In this document: positions 51,340-61,310 of the stretch, one piece after another
Position numbering within the stretch: position 1 is the stretch's first letter
Layout of the letters: each line of letters begins with the position of its first letter
DNA from: an uncultured Acidobacteriota bacterium
Lineage (GTDB): Bacteria > Acidobacteriota > UBA6911
Direction of reading: 5' to 3'
Length of the DNA stretch: 64,000 nucleotides
Assembly (NCBI GenBank): GCA_963809485.1
Contig: CAWEJX010000020.1
Span: forward strand, 832,001-896,000
Translations under genes and position numbers: made by a program
The notes under the pieces: generated by a model
Database searches by the model: none
Told to the model about the DNA's origin: nothing
The model's input: only the letters and a program-made list of their open reading frames with translations

Positions 51340-52767
51340 TTACGGGACTGCGGACGGAGAAGCCTCGGGCAGAGATACTTCAAAAATTGTTCCCGAATCC
51401 GCCTGGCTTGACACGCGGATCGTGCCGTTGTGCCCTTCAATAATCCATTTTACAAAAGCCAGGCCCAGCCCCAGGCCTTCAGCGCCAAGCCTTCGGGCTT
51501 TATCCGCACGATAAAACCGATCGAAGATGTGAGGAAGATCCTGGGGTGAAATCCCAATGCCGTTATCCTTGATTTGCAGCCGTATCGTAGAGGCTTCTCT
51601 TTCGGCCGAGACTTCAACTAAGCTTCCGTCTTTGGAATATTTTACGGCATTTTCGAGCAAATTATACAAGGCCCGGCCAATCCAGAGCCGATCCGCCATA
51701 ATCCACAACTGCGGCGCTTCATTCAGATCGATTCTGATCGCCCGGCCTGCGGCCAGAATGCGCATTCGGTCCACGACTTCCCTCAAAAGCGCCCCGATAT
51801 GGACAGGCTGACGCACGAGCACCTGTTTTCCGGTTTCGGCCTCGGAGATAAGCAACAGATCGTCCACGATGCGCGTCAGGCGGTCGATTTCCTCCAGGTT
51901 GCTCGACAATAAGGAGCTGATCTCCTCCGTATTTTCCGGCGATCTCAGGGCGACTTCGGTCTCTCCTCTGAGAATCGCAAGCGGCGTCCTGAGTTCATGG
52001 GCAACTTCGGCATTGAACTTCCGCACCTGCTGAAAAAACTCATCCAGGCGCCCGGCCGTATTGTTAAATGCCTGCACCAGGCGCTGTATCTCGATTTCCT
52101 TGTGTCTTGTGGCGATCCGGGTGTTCAGGGTCTCATGGGTAATTTTCTCGGCGGCCTGGGCAATTTCATCAAATGGCTTGAGAGTACGTCCCACCAGGTA
52201 CGAGCCGACCATAACGCATATAGCCAGAACAAACGGAAGCAGGAACACATCCGAGACCCGCAGATCGTGGAGGAAACCTCTCAGCCGTTCCATGGATCGG
52301 CCGACATGAAGAACCGCCGGCTCTGCAAAGATTCCCGGCGGCAGCAAAACACTCACAAAGCGGAACTCCGTAGCCTCGGCAATGGCCAATGTGGCCAGTC
52401 CCTCATTTTGCCTGAGGATGCCTGCCCATTCATCTTTGCGCGTCATCAGCGAGTAGATATACTTACTGTGCGAGTCCTCCCGCAGGATGCGTCCCTGCAA
52501 ATCGGTCACGACCGCGAAAGATTCCATCTCCTGCATTTTCAGGGCATCCCGCTCGCTCAAACCCTCTACCGGCCAGGAGAATCCTCCCTGGTCAATCCGC
52601 AGTCGAGAGGCAAAGAGCCTTGCGTCCCCGAGCAAGGTTTCGTCGAAACTCTTTTGCGAACGATAGCTGACAACCTGGTAGCGAATCAGGAAGATGCAGA
52701 AGGCGGATAGTGCAATTGCCGCCCCGTATAGCCAGATTAGTTTAAGGCGGAGGCTTTGGAAATTCAC
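51340..52767 (-). CDS. HAMP sensor histidine kinase (CusS-like)
   Basis: Two TM helices, HAMP, AHELRTPL, NLLENAVKY, DNGIGI, FDRFYR, GLGLGL. Confidence 0.93.
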   Translation of the reverse strand: MNFQSLRLKLIWLYGAAIALSAFCIFLIRYQVVSYRSQKSFDETLLGDARLFASRLRIDQGGFSWPVEGLSERDALKMQEMESFAVVTDLQGRILREDSHSKYIYSLMTRKDEWAGILRQNEGLATLAIAEATEFRFVSVLLPPGIFAEPAVLHVGRSMERLRGFLHDLRVSDVFLLPFVLAICVMVGSYLVGRTLKPFDEIAQAAEKITHETLNTRIATRHKEIEIQRLVQAFNNTAGRLDEFFQQVRKFNAEVAHELRTPLAILRGETEVALRSPENTEEISSLLSSNLEEIDRLTRIVDDLLLISEAETGKQVLVRQPVHIGALLREVVDRMRILAAGRAIRIDLNEAPQLWIMADRLWIGRALYNLLENAVKYSKDGSLVEVSAEREASTIRLQIKDNGIGISPQDLPHIFDRFYRADKARRLGAEGLGLGLAFVKWIIEGHNGTIRVSSQADSGTIFEVSLPEASPSAVP

Positions 52768-52772
52768 GTTGA

Positions 52773-53441
52773 TCAGCCGCGGAGCATATAACCGACGCCT
52801 CGGATCGTTTGGATTAGGTGAGGCTCGAACTCCCGGTCAATTTTATTGCGCAGGTAGTTAATATAAACATCCACCACATTGGTAAAGCTGTCGAAGCTTT
52901 CATCCCAGACGTTTTCTACAATCATATCGCGGGTAACAATCTGGTTTTTGTTTTTCAGGAGGTATTCAAGGAGCAGGAATTCCTTGTTCGAAAGTTCGAT
53001 GGCTTTGCCGGCCCGTGTTGCCCTGCGCTTGAGCGGATTGAGAACCAGGTCGGCGGCGCGCAACTCCAGCGCGGCTGAAGCATCCCCCCGCCTGAACTGA
53101 ACCTGTATGCGGGCCAGCAGCTCGGCGAACGAAAAAGGCTTGGTCAGGTAATCGTCGCAGCCGAGATTGAGCCCCTGAACCCGGTCCTCCACCGACGTTT
53201 TTGCCGTCAGGGCGATGATGGGGATCAAAGGCTTGCGCTCGCGGAACCGGGGAATCAGGTCCAGACCGCTCATTTTGGGAAGCATCAGGTCCAGCAGGAT
53301 CAAATCGAAGTTATCGCTGCGGACCTTTTCGGTAGCTTCTTCCCCGTCCGCGGCGATGTCCACCTCGTAGTCCGACTGCTCAAGCCCCTTTTTTAAAAAA
53401 CCGGCGACCTTGGGTTCATCTTCGATGATCAATATTTTCAT
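52773..53441 (-). CDS. OmpR-family response regulator (CusR-like)
   Basis: IEDE, LDLMLP, DDYLTKPF, NVVDVYINYLRNKID, TIRGVGY. Confidence 0.95.
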   Translation of the reverse strand: MKILIIEDEPKVAGFLKKGLEQSDYEVDIAADGEEATEKVRSDNFDLILLDLMLPKMSGLDLIPRFRERKPLIPIIALTAKTSVEDRVQGLNLGCDDYLTKPFSFAELLARIQVQFRRGDASAALELRAADLVLNPLKRRATRAGKAIELSNKEFLLLEYLLKNKNQIVTRDMIVENVWDESFDSFTNVVDVYINYLRNKIDREFEPHLIQTIRGVGYMLRG

Positions 53442-53587
53442 GAATTTCCCCCAGTCTTATAAAAACACCTGATTCCATTTTACGACAAAATTCATTCATT
53501 ATTGGAAATTTTAAGATTCCATATGAGGGATTCCAGGCTCATGGGCTCGATGGCCGCAGGACGCCGTCGGAGGTTTTGGATCCATCA

Positions 53588-54697
53588 TCAAATATTAAAG
53601 CGGAACAAAATGACGTCGCCTTCCTGAACCCTGTACTCTTTGCCTTCCAGGCGCAGTACACCCTTGCTTTTTGCGGCCTGGAAGGATCCAAGCCGGATCA
53701 TATCCTCGAAAGTAACCACTTCAGCCTTGATGAAGCCCTTTTCGATATCCGTGTGGATCACTCCAGCCGCCTGCATGGCTGTGGTGTTGCGGGGAATAGT
53801 CCAGGCCCTTGCCTCAGGCTCACCTGCCGTGTAGAAAGAGAAGACCCCCAGGAGACTGTAGGATTTTTGAATGATGCGCTCCAGCGCGTTGCCCTCAATC
53901 CCGAGATCTTCCATGAAAATTTTCGCATCTTCAGGCGCAAGGGCGGCTATTTCCGACTCGATCTTGCCGCAGACGGCAGTGATCCCTACGTTGCGCATCG
54001 ATGCCTGTTTTTGCAGCCCGAATTCCTCGACAGCGCGCCCGATTTTGGCGGCATCCTGATCCCCGACGTTAAGAACAAGCAGAATCGGTTTTGCCGAAAG
54101 AAAGGTAAAACCTCTGACACGCTTTTCTTCTTCCGGAGCCAGTTCCAGATCCCGCAGCGGCTGTTCCGTTTCCAGCGCCTCCTTGAAACGCTTCAGAATC
54201 TCGTTTTCCATTTCAAGCTCGGACGACTTGATCTTTTTCAGGTCTTTGGCAAGGCGCTCCAGGCGCTTCTCCACGATCGCCAGGTCCGAAAAAATCATCT
54301 CGAGCTCGAATAGCCCGATATCGCGCAGCGGATCTACCGTCCCTTCGGCATGCGGAAGATTGGGATCTTCAAAGGCACGCACCACGTGAAGAAGAGTATC
54401 AACATTTTTCAGGCTATTAAGATAGGTGGACATTTCCTTGCCCTGGCCCTCCAATGCCGCCTTCCCTTCGCCCCGGGAAAGCCCGGGCAGATCCACATAC
54501 TCCACGGTGGCATAGGTGACCTTCTGGGGACGCACTATTTCAGCCAGGCGGTCCAGTCGGGAATCAGGGACATGGGCGGTTCCGATATGAGCTTCTCTAC
54601 CCCCCCCCCAGGACGAAGTATCGATACGTCCCTGCGTTAAAAGCTTGAAAATGGTAGTTTTCCCCACCTGAGGCAAGCCGACGATCCCGATTTTCAT
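53588..54697 (-). CDS. ychF: Redox-regulated ATPase YchF
   Basis: GIVGLPQVGKTT, VPDSRL, HVVRAF, AGVIHTD..KGFIKAE, RLEGKEY.VQEGD...FRFN. Confidence 0.95.
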   Translation of the reverse strand: MKIGIVGLPQVGKTTIFKLLTQGRIDTSSWGGGREAHIGTAHVPDSRLDRLAEIVRPQKVTYATVEYVDLPGLSRGEGKAALEGQGKEMSTYLNSLKNVDTLLHVVRAFEDPNLPHAEGTVDPLRDIGLFELEMIFSDLAIVEKRLERLAKDLKKIKSSELEMENEILKRFKEALETEQPLRDLELAPEEEKRVRGFTFLSAKPILLVLNVGDQDAAKIGRAVEEFGLQKQASMRNVGITAVCGKIESEIAALAPEDAKIFMEDLGIEGNALERIIQKSYSLLGVFSFYTAGEPEARAWTIPRNTTAMQAAGVIHTDIEKGFIKAEVVTFEDMIRLGSFQAAKSKGVLRLEGKEYRVQEGDVILFRFNI

Positions 54698-55072
54698 ATT
54701 TCATCCTCAATAAATCCCGTCATGTTATCACAAAAAAAATGCATGGGACGCATTTCTCGTGGCTGCATTACCGATGTGTCTCAGGCGGGAATTCGCCGTC
54801 CCGAACCAAGGTTTCAGGTTCCAGGCGGTTGCAGTTGTCAGACCCGTGGTCCGTAAGCTGTAACATGAGGCGAAATTCCGTCCAACCTCTTGGGAACCGG
54901 CTAAATGCAGCCCTTGCCGCCAATATTTGCTATTTAATAATGGAGCATCACGGGATCCGGGGCAGCCCAGAATGCCGGGCTATGTATTTTCATTGTTATC
55001 CCTTTCTATTCCATACACATAGGCAACAACCACCTGGATAGTACAAATAATTGTAGAGAAAACACTATTTTC

Positions 55073-55130
55073 TTGACACACGCATAGCATCAGAATTATT
55101 GTCTTGTGGTCAGAGGTGGTCAGAGGTGGT
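55073..55130 (+). promoter_or_regulatory. dcw promoter with three MraZ-binding boxes
   Basis: TTGACA (55073)-N18-TATTGT, then GTGG at 55106, 55116 and 55126 (10-bp period: GTGGTCAGAG GTGGTCAGAG GTGGT). Confidence 0.75.
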
Positions 55131-55207
55131 ACAAAAGGGCCATCCAGGCACGATTTCCACTAAAAGTTAATTCATTAGCACAATAGCTGACGCAATGCGA
55201 GTTTGAT

Positions 55208-55648
55208 ATGCTTTGGGGCAGATATTCGGCGAAGATTGACGACAAATCCCGCTTGCGGCTGCCCGCGAAATTCCGCCGTGATCTGCCGGAGACTGAAGAT
55301 AACACCTATTACGTAACCAGCGATGACGGCCAATGCGCCCAGATTTATCCCGTACCGGTTTGGCGGCGGGTGGCTCAGAAATTCCAGGAGCCTCCGCGGA
55401 TGGATCCGGCCAAATTGAAGCTGGAGCGATTCACGAGTTATTACGGCCTTCTCACCCCAATGGATCCTCAGGGCAGAATCCTGATACCGCAGTCGCTCCG
55501 CGAAGACGCCCAGATTTCCGGGGACGTTATTGTGCTCGGCAAGAGTGACCACCTCGAGGTATGGAACGTCGAAGTATTCAAAAAGGGCCTGAAGGAAAAT
55601 CCTCTCACCGAGGCGGAGCGTGAGAGATTAGCCTCGCAAGGGTTTTAG
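55208..55648 (+). CDS. mraZ: Division/cell wall cluster transcriptional repressor MraZ
   Basis: IDDKSRLRLPAKFR, DPQGRILIP..LR, G..DHLEVW. Confidence 0.95.
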   Translation: MLWGRYSAKIDDKSRLRLPAKFRRDLPETEDNTYYVTSDDGQCAQIYPVPVWRRVAQKFQEPPRMDPAKLKLERFTSYYGLLTPMDPQGRILIPQSLREDAQISGDVIVLGKSDHLEVWNVEVFKKGLKENPLTEAERERLASQGF

Positions 55649-55689
55649 GAATACACGGGGATAAGGTGAGAGCTGCAGCCCGGAAACAC

Positions 55690-56643
55690 ATGACAGAGCC
55701 ATTGAGAAATCCCGACGCGGAACATACGCCCGTCATGCTCAGGGAAACGCTGGACCTGCTGCGGTGCCGGCCGGGCGGAATCTATGTGGACGCAACGGTC
55801 GGGATGGGAGGCCACGCGCTGAGCATTTTGGAGAGATGCCAGCCCGGAGGTTTGCTCGTGGGCATCGACCGCGACAAGGAATCACTGGAAAAAGCAGCCG
55901 CGCGATTGAAGCCCTTCTCCGGCAATTTCCGGCTGTTTCACGACAACTTCAAAAACCTGCCCCTGATTCTCAATAACCTGGCGGCCCGGCCGGTCGACGG
56001 GATCGTGGTGGATCTTGGAGTTTCATCCTATCAGCTCCTTTCGCCAGAACGCGGTTTCAGTTTCCAGTCGGACGTCATGCTGGACATGCGCATGGACAGG
56101 AGCCAGCAGTGGACCGCTGCAGACCTGGTCAACGGCATGTCCGAAAGCGAACTTGCGGACATCCTATTCCGGTACGGCGAGGAGCGCCTTTCCCGGCGAA
56201 TCGCCGCGGCGATCGTTCACGAGAGAGCCCGGGCGCCGATTACGCGCTGCACTCAGCTGGCGGACATTGTCAGCCGTGTTTTCAAGGTCCGGTTTCACCA
56301 GGGGATTCACCCGGCGACGCGGACTTTCCAGGCGTTGCGCATCGCCGTCAATCAGGAACTGGATGGATTGGAGGAGTTTTTTCCCGAAGCGTTCAGCTTC
56401 CTGAGACCCGGCGGAAGGATGGTCGTGATCGCCTTTCATTCCCTGGAGGACAGGATCGTAAAAAGAACCTTTCGCAGGCTGGCCGGCCAGTGCGTCTGCG
56501 ATGCTCCTCCTGAGCTTTGCACATGCCCCAGGCAGGCCCTGGCGAATCTTCTTACATCCCGTCCCATTACGCCCGGTTCGGAGGAATTGGCCGCCAATCC
56601 CCGGGCCCGCAGCGCCCGCCTGCGGTCTGTGGAACGGTTATAG
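55690..56643 (+). CDS. rsmH: 16S rRNA m4C1402 methyltransferase
   Basis: HTPVM, DATVGMGGH, DLGVSS, LDMRM, FQALRIAVNQEL, FHSLEDR, NPRARSARLR. Start 55666 or 55690. Confidence 0.97.
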   Translation: MTEPLRNPDAEHTPVMLRETLDLLRCRPGGIYVDATVGMGGHALSILERCQPGGLLVGIDRDKESLEKAAARLKPFSGNFRLFHDNFKNLPLILNNLAARPVDGIVVDLGVSSYQLLSPERGFSFQSDVMLDMRMDRSQQWTAADLVNGMSESELADILFRYGEERLSRRIAAAIVHERARAPITRCTQLADIVSRVFKVRFHQGIHPATRTFQALRIAVNQELDGLEEFFPEAFSFLRPGGRMVVIAFHSLEDRIVKRTFRRLAGQCVCDAPPELCTCPRQALANLLTSRPITPGSEELAANPRARSARLRSVERL

Positions 56644-56711
56644 GAGTTGTATGGATTGGGAGCTTCCCGGATCAGACAGGATATGCCCGAACTTATATAT
56701 GGGAGATTGAG

Positions 56712-57152
56712 ATGACAGATTGGGCCGACGGCATAGAAACGCGAAATTACGGAATCAAGCGCGAATTCGACGGGCGCATGTTTTCAGAGTTCCTGAGAAC
56801 CATCCTGTCCCTCGCTCTGGTAGCCGGCGCACTCGTGTTTTATTCCTGGGTTCGCAACCAGATCATCAGCACGGGATACCAAGGCCAGAATCTGTTTGCC
56901 GAAGAAGCATTGCTGTTGCGGGCTGAAAAAAGGCTGGTGCTCGAGGAAGAAATGCTTCGGAATCCCGAGCGCATCGACGTCATCGCGCGCAACGACCTGG
57001 GGATGACTCCGCTGCACCCCAGACAGTTGATCATGCCGCAGCACGCGGATGTCGACCGCAGTCTCACGAACGCCATGGCAATGGCGGATTCCGGGGCCGC
57101 AAATCTGAAAAAGACAGCCTCCGGCAAGCGGTTGGGAAACTGGTCCAACTGA
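56712..57152 (+). CDS. ftsL: Cell division protein FtsL-like
   Basis: Single TM helix, coiled coil, LRNPERIDVIARNDLGM; lies between rsmH and ftsI. Confidence 0.8.
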   Translation: MTDWADGIETRNYGIKREFDGRMFSEFLRTILSLALVAGALVFYSWVRNQIISTGYQGQNLFAEEALLLRAEKRLVLEEEMLRNPERIDVIARNDLGMTPLHPRQLIMPQHADVDRSLTNAMAMADSGAANLKKTASGKRLGNWSN

Positions 57153-57252
57153 TGGATCGTCTTTTATTTCATGGGAGAGATTGACGGTTTACGATTGACG
57201 ATTCGGGCAGTCAGGATCGGTCGTCAATCGCAAACCATTAATCGCAGATCTT

Positions 57253-59352
57253 ATGCCCAGCAGCGGGAAGGGACAAAAAGCCGCACGAATCGCCATGGTC
57301 CTTGTGGGGATGACTCTCTGGAGCCTCCTCATCGTGATCCGCCTGGTGCAGCTGCAGGTTTTCGAGCACCAGTCGTTCCTCCAGCTTGCGCTCCAGAGGC
57401 AGCAGGTCACGCGCTCCATCCTGGCGCCTCGCGGCATCATTTACGACAGCCACATGGATGAACTCGCCACGAGCGTGACCGTCAGCACCGTGGTCGCCGA
57501 ACCCCGCAGGATTGGGAACATCCCTGCGGCAGCCCGCAAACTTGCGGCGATCCTCGACCTCAATTCGCGGGAACTCACGAGCCGCATGAAGGACCCGGCC
57601 CGGCAGAGATTCATGGTGGTTAAACGCAGGATCGATCCCGATGCGGAAAAACGGATCGAGTCGATCGGAATCGACGGCATATATTTTGTCGACGAAAGCA
57701 TGCGCGTCTATCCGAACCGCGAACTCGCAAGTCAAACCCTCGGATTCGTGAACATGAACGGCGACGGCGGTGCCGGGATCGAGCTGCAATACGACAAGGA
57801 TCTCCAGGGCAAACAGGGGCTGTTTTCCTTTGATGTGGATGCGCATCGGAGATCTTTCCGGGCCAAGGTGGAAAAGCCTCCCGTGCAGGGCCGCTCCCTG
57901 GTATTGAGCATTGACAAATCCATTCAATACATCGCCGACCGCGAGCTGGCGAACGGAGTCCAAAAGTATCAGGCGCGGGCGGGCACCGTTATCATCATGG
58001 AATCGGATACAGGCAGAATCCTGGCCCTTTCCAATTACCCTCAGTTCAACTGCAACACTTACAACGAGTATGCCGCCGACTTCTGGCGCAACCGGGCCGT
58101 TTCAGACATATTCGAGCCCGGATCAACATTCAAAGTAGTGGTGGCCGCAGCCGCCCTCGAAGCGGGACTGACCCGGCCGGATGAATTGATTGACTGCCAG
58201 ATGGGTTCCATCACCATCGGAAGGCACGTTTTCCACGATCACAAAGGATACGGACTCCTGAGCTTCCGTCAGATTCTCGAGTTCTCGTCCAACGTGGGCG
58301 CAGCCAAACTCGGCCTGAGATTGGGACAGCAGCGCCTCTACGAGGCGCTACGCAGTTTCGGATTCGGCTCGAAATCCGGAGTGGACCTGCCCGGTGAAAT
58401 CGTCGGGCTCGTGCGCGACTGGCGCGACTGGTCCGGACTTTCGATCGGGGCCATCTCCTTTGGCCAGGAAGTAGGCGTCACTTCCATCCAGATCACGACC
58501 GCCATCAATGCCATCGCCAACGGCGGTTACCGCGTGCGGCCTTCCGTGGTCGACCGGATTATCGACGAAAACGGCGACCTGGTTTCCGTGCATGCTCCGG
58601 AACGGGTCCGGCTGATAAGTCCGAGGACGGCTCAGGCCGTTTGCGAAGCATTTGAAGGCGTCGTCCTGCGCGGCACGGGCCGGCGCGCCGCCCTGGAAGG
58701 CTATCGCGCTGCGGGAAAAACCGGAACCGCACAAAAAATTGTGAACGGCCGCTACTCCGACAGCAAGTATGTGGCTTCGTTCATAGGATTCGCACCGCTT
58801 CCCAATCCCCGGATTACGATCCTGGTCCAGATCGATGAGCCCAAAGGAGGCTACTACGGCGGGGAGGTCTGCGCCCCGTACTTTAAGGCGATCGCGCAGG
58901 AAAGCCTGCTGCAACTTCGGGTCCCGCCGGACAAAAGCCTTCCCTTGCCCAAATTTTCTCCGGAAATCGCTGTCGCCGGCACCGAAGACTATCTTCCCAA
59001 TGCCACACCGGTCCAGCCGCTGACGGCGCAGATCGAAAGCCGGGCGGTTGAGGCGCATCATGGAGCCATATCCCTGGAAGTCGGAGAGGATTGGGTTGTG
59101 CTGCCGGATTTCCGAGGGCTGGCAAAAAGAAAGGTTCTCGACCGGTGCCTCGATCTGGGCATCCGGCTGCAATCGAGCGGATCCGGTGTTGCCGTTTACC
59201 AGTCGCCCCTGCCGGGCACCAGGATGCCGCTGGGAGCTGCCTGCAGTGTAACCTTCGCCAGAGGAAAGCTCAGAGAGCTTCCGGCCGAGACCAGAGCGAA
59301 GCCCGTAACGCAACCGGGCAATAAGCTGTTGTCGGCAAGCGCCCGGCCATGA
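57253..59352 (+). CDS. ftsI: Class B penicillin-binding protein with C-terminal PASTA domain
   Basis: RGIIYD, RVYP, EPGSTFK (SxxK), SSN, KTGT, VLPDFRG. Confidence 0.93.
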   Translation: MPSSGKGQKAARIAMVLVGMTLWSLLIVIRLVQLQVFEHQSFLQLALQRQQVTRSILAPRGIIYDSHMDELATSVTVSTVVAEPRRIGNIPAAARKLAAILDLNSRELTSRMKDPARQRFMVVKRRIDPDAEKRIESIGIDGIYFVDESMRVYPNRELASQTLGFVNMNGDGGAGIELQYDKDLQGKQGLFSFDVDAHRRSFRAKVEKPPVQGRSLVLSIDKSIQYIADRELANGVQKYQARAGTVIIMESDTGRILALSNYPQFNCNTYNEYAADFWRNRAVSDIFEPGSTFKVVVAAAALEAGLTRPDELIDCQMGSITIGRHVFHDHKGYGLLSFRQILEFSSNVGAAKLGLRLGQQRLYEALRSFGFGSKSGVDLPGEIVGLVRDWRDWSGLSIGAISFGQEVGVTSIQITTAINAIANGGYRVRPSVVDRIIDENGDLVSVHAPERVRLISPRTAQAVCEAFEGVVLRGTGRRAALEGYRAAGKTGTAQKIVNGRYSDSKYVASFIGFAPLPNPRITILVQIDEPKGGYYGGEVCAPYFKAIAQESLLQLRVPPDKSLPLPKFSPEIAVAGTEDYLPNATPVQPLTAQIESRAVEAHHGAISLEVGEDWVVLPDFRGLAKRKVLDRCLDLGIRLQSSGSGVAVYQSPLPGTRMPLGAACSVTFARGKLRELPAETRAKPVTQPGNKLLSASARP

Positions 59353-59353
59353 G

Positions 59354-60886
59354 ATGAGGTTCCGTATGCTTTTGAAGGAAGCGCTCGATCAGATACCCGG
59401 AATCCATCTTGCGGGAAAACCCGACACGCAGATTTCCGGGATCTCTTACGACTCGCGGACGGTCCGGGAAGGCGACCTGTTTGTTGCCATCAAGGGCGAA
59501 AAGACTGACGGCGCGCGTTTCGTCCGACAGGCGGTAGACCGTGGAGCCGCGGCGATAGCATCGGAACAGAGAGTCGAATGCGAAGCGCACACGGCAAGCC
59601 TGATTGTTCCGGATGGGCGCAAATTCCTGGCGGAGTTTTCCAGGGCGTTTTTCGGAGATCCCTGCTCGAAGCTTCAGCTGGTTGCCATAACCGGGACCAA
59701 CGGAAAAACCACCACTTCGTGCATGATGCATTCGCTTTACAGTCAGGCGGGCATCCTCTCCTGCCTCGTGGGAACGCTTGGCATGAAGATCGGCGCCCGG
59801 TCCTATCACAGCGAGCATACGACGCCCGAGGCTCCGGACCTGATGAGGTTTTTGAGCCAGGCTGTTGCGGAAGGCTGCACGCACGGAGCCCTGGAAGTCT
59901 CCTCGCATTCGCTGGCTCTCAAGAGGATTTTCGGCGCCAGGTTTCAGGTCGGGATCTTTATGAATCTCACGCGGGATCATCTCGATTTTCACAAGGATAT
60001 GGAATCCTACTATCAGGCCAAGAAGCAGCTTTTCATGCCTGAGAACGGCAACCGTGTCGAATTTGCCGTCATCAATACGGATGATGCCTACGGGCGGCGC
60101 CTTCGGGAGGAGATTGCCTGCCCCGCCCTGAGCATCGGCTTCAGCCGGCCTGCCGAAATATATGTGCTCGAATCCAGAAACCGCGCCGACGGCACGGACC
60201 TGGCGCTGGCGACCCCGGGCGGAGAAATACGCTTCCAGACGCGCCTTATAGGGCGGCCCAACATTTACAACATCATGGCAGCCACGGGCGCCGCCCTGTG
60301 CCAGGGGCTTGGTTTGGACCGGATACGCCACGGCATCGAGTCGCTGAAGGGTGTCCCTGGAAGGGTGGAACTCGTCGACGCCGGGCAGGATTTCACCGTG
60401 ATCGTCGATTACGCGCACTCGCCCGATGCGCTGGAGAACCTGCTGAAGACAGTCTCCCAGCTGCCGCATAAAAAACTCGTCACCCTATTCGGCTGCGGCG
60501 GCGACCGGGACAGGACCAAACGCCCGATCATGGGCGAAATAGCAGCCAGACTGAGCGATCTTGTGCTGGCGACGTCCGACAATCCGAGGTCGGAAAATCC
60601 GCTCGATATTTTGAAGGAGATAGAGCCTGGCCTGCGCAAAGGGCCGGCGCCCTATAAAATCATCCCGGACCGCCGCCAGGCGATCAAGTCGGCGGTTTTC
60701 ATGGCTTGCCCGGGAGATGTCGTAGTGATCGCGGGCAAAGGGCACGAGGACTACCAGATTGTGGGCGACCGTGTTTTACCGTTTGACGACAGGAAACTGG
60801 CAGGGGAGCTGATCCGTGAACGCTTGAAAGCGGGGAGTCCCGCAAGCCAGGGGAGTCAGGTACGTCCTGCAAAGCCGGAGGCTTGA
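59354..60886 (+). CDS. murE: UDP-MurNAc-tripeptide synthetase (meso-DAP type)
   Basis: DSR, TGTNGKTT, TTPE, EVSSH, DHLDFH, DYAH, FGCGGDRD, DNPR, AGKGHE. Confidence 0.96.
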   Translation: MRFRMLLKEALDQIPGIHLAGKPDTQISGISYDSRTVREGDLFVAIKGEKTDGARFVRQAVDRGAAAIASEQRVECEAHTASLIVPDGRKFLAEFSRAFFGDPCSKLQLVAITGTNGKTTTSCMMHSLYSQAGILSCLVGTLGMKIGARSYHSEHTTPEAPDLMRFLSQAVAEGCTHGALEVSSHSLALKRIFGARFQVGIFMNLTRDHLDFHKDMESYYQAKKQLFMPENGNRVEFAVINTDDAYGRRLREEIACPALSIGFSRPAEIYVLESRNRADGTDLALATPGGEIRFQTRLIGRPNIYNIMAATGAALCQGLGLDRIRHGIESLKGVPGRVELVDAGQDFTVIVDYAHSPDALENLLKTVSQLPHKKLVTLFGCGGDRDRTKRPIMGEIAARLSDLVLATSDNPRSENPLDILKEIEPGLRKGPAPYKIIPDRRQAIKSAVFMACPGDVVVIAGKGHEDYQIVGDRVLPFDDRKLAGELIRERLKAGSPASQGSQVRPAKPEA

Positions 60887-60949
60887 AAGATTTGAACCGC
60901 TCAAAGCGGTTGGAGGAGTTACGCCGGTCTTGAACGCTGACTTACGCGG

Positions 60950-61128
60950 GCAAAAGCCGATGAGGCGCTTCCGATCCCTGCAGGGGCCAGCGCTCCGCGC
61001 TGGACAGTTTTCTGCGGCGGCACTGTGGCAAGCGCCGTGCGGCAAGGAGATAAAGGGTATGAGAAACCGGGCGTTTGCAACAGTGCCGCCGCAGAAAACT
61101 CCATCGGAAGCGCCTCATCGGCTTTTGC
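60950..61128. repeat. Nested long inverted repeat in the murE-murF spacer
   Basis: Perfect 26-bp IR 60950-60975/61103-61128 enclosing a perfect 21-bp IR 61006-61026/61080-61100, plus a small CCAGCGC-TCC-GCGCTGG hairpin. Confidence 0.92.
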
Positions 61129-61254
61129 TCGCCGACCCTCGCCGAACAAATCGGCGTTTGTCAGCGCTTTTATCAGCGTTTCTCAGCGTTTCAAAATACG
61201 GAGCTGTCAAACTCTTTGATTCCCCCGGCAGAGCCGGGGGTTTACCAATGTAAT
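61118..61254 (+). repeat. Dispersed repeat family A, 137 bp copy
   Basis: Matches 23391-23523; ends in the perfect hairpin CCCCCGGC-AGA-GCCGGGGG followed by TTTACC. Confidence 0.9.
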
Positions 61255-61310
61255 ATGACGCAAAGGGGCGGCCATAAACAGCCGCCATCGCGCTTGAATG
61301 GGTGCTTGAG

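Noticed and set aside
55106-55130. 10-bp direct repeats as a mini-CRISPR or novel repeat
   Set aside because: Position and GTGG 10-bp periodicity match known MraZ operator boxes; no spacers.
54698-55207. rnpB or another ncRNA upstream of mraZ
   Set aside because: RNase P signature motifs (GAGGAAAGTCC, AGAACCCGGCTTA) not found on either strand by eye; no support without a covariance search.
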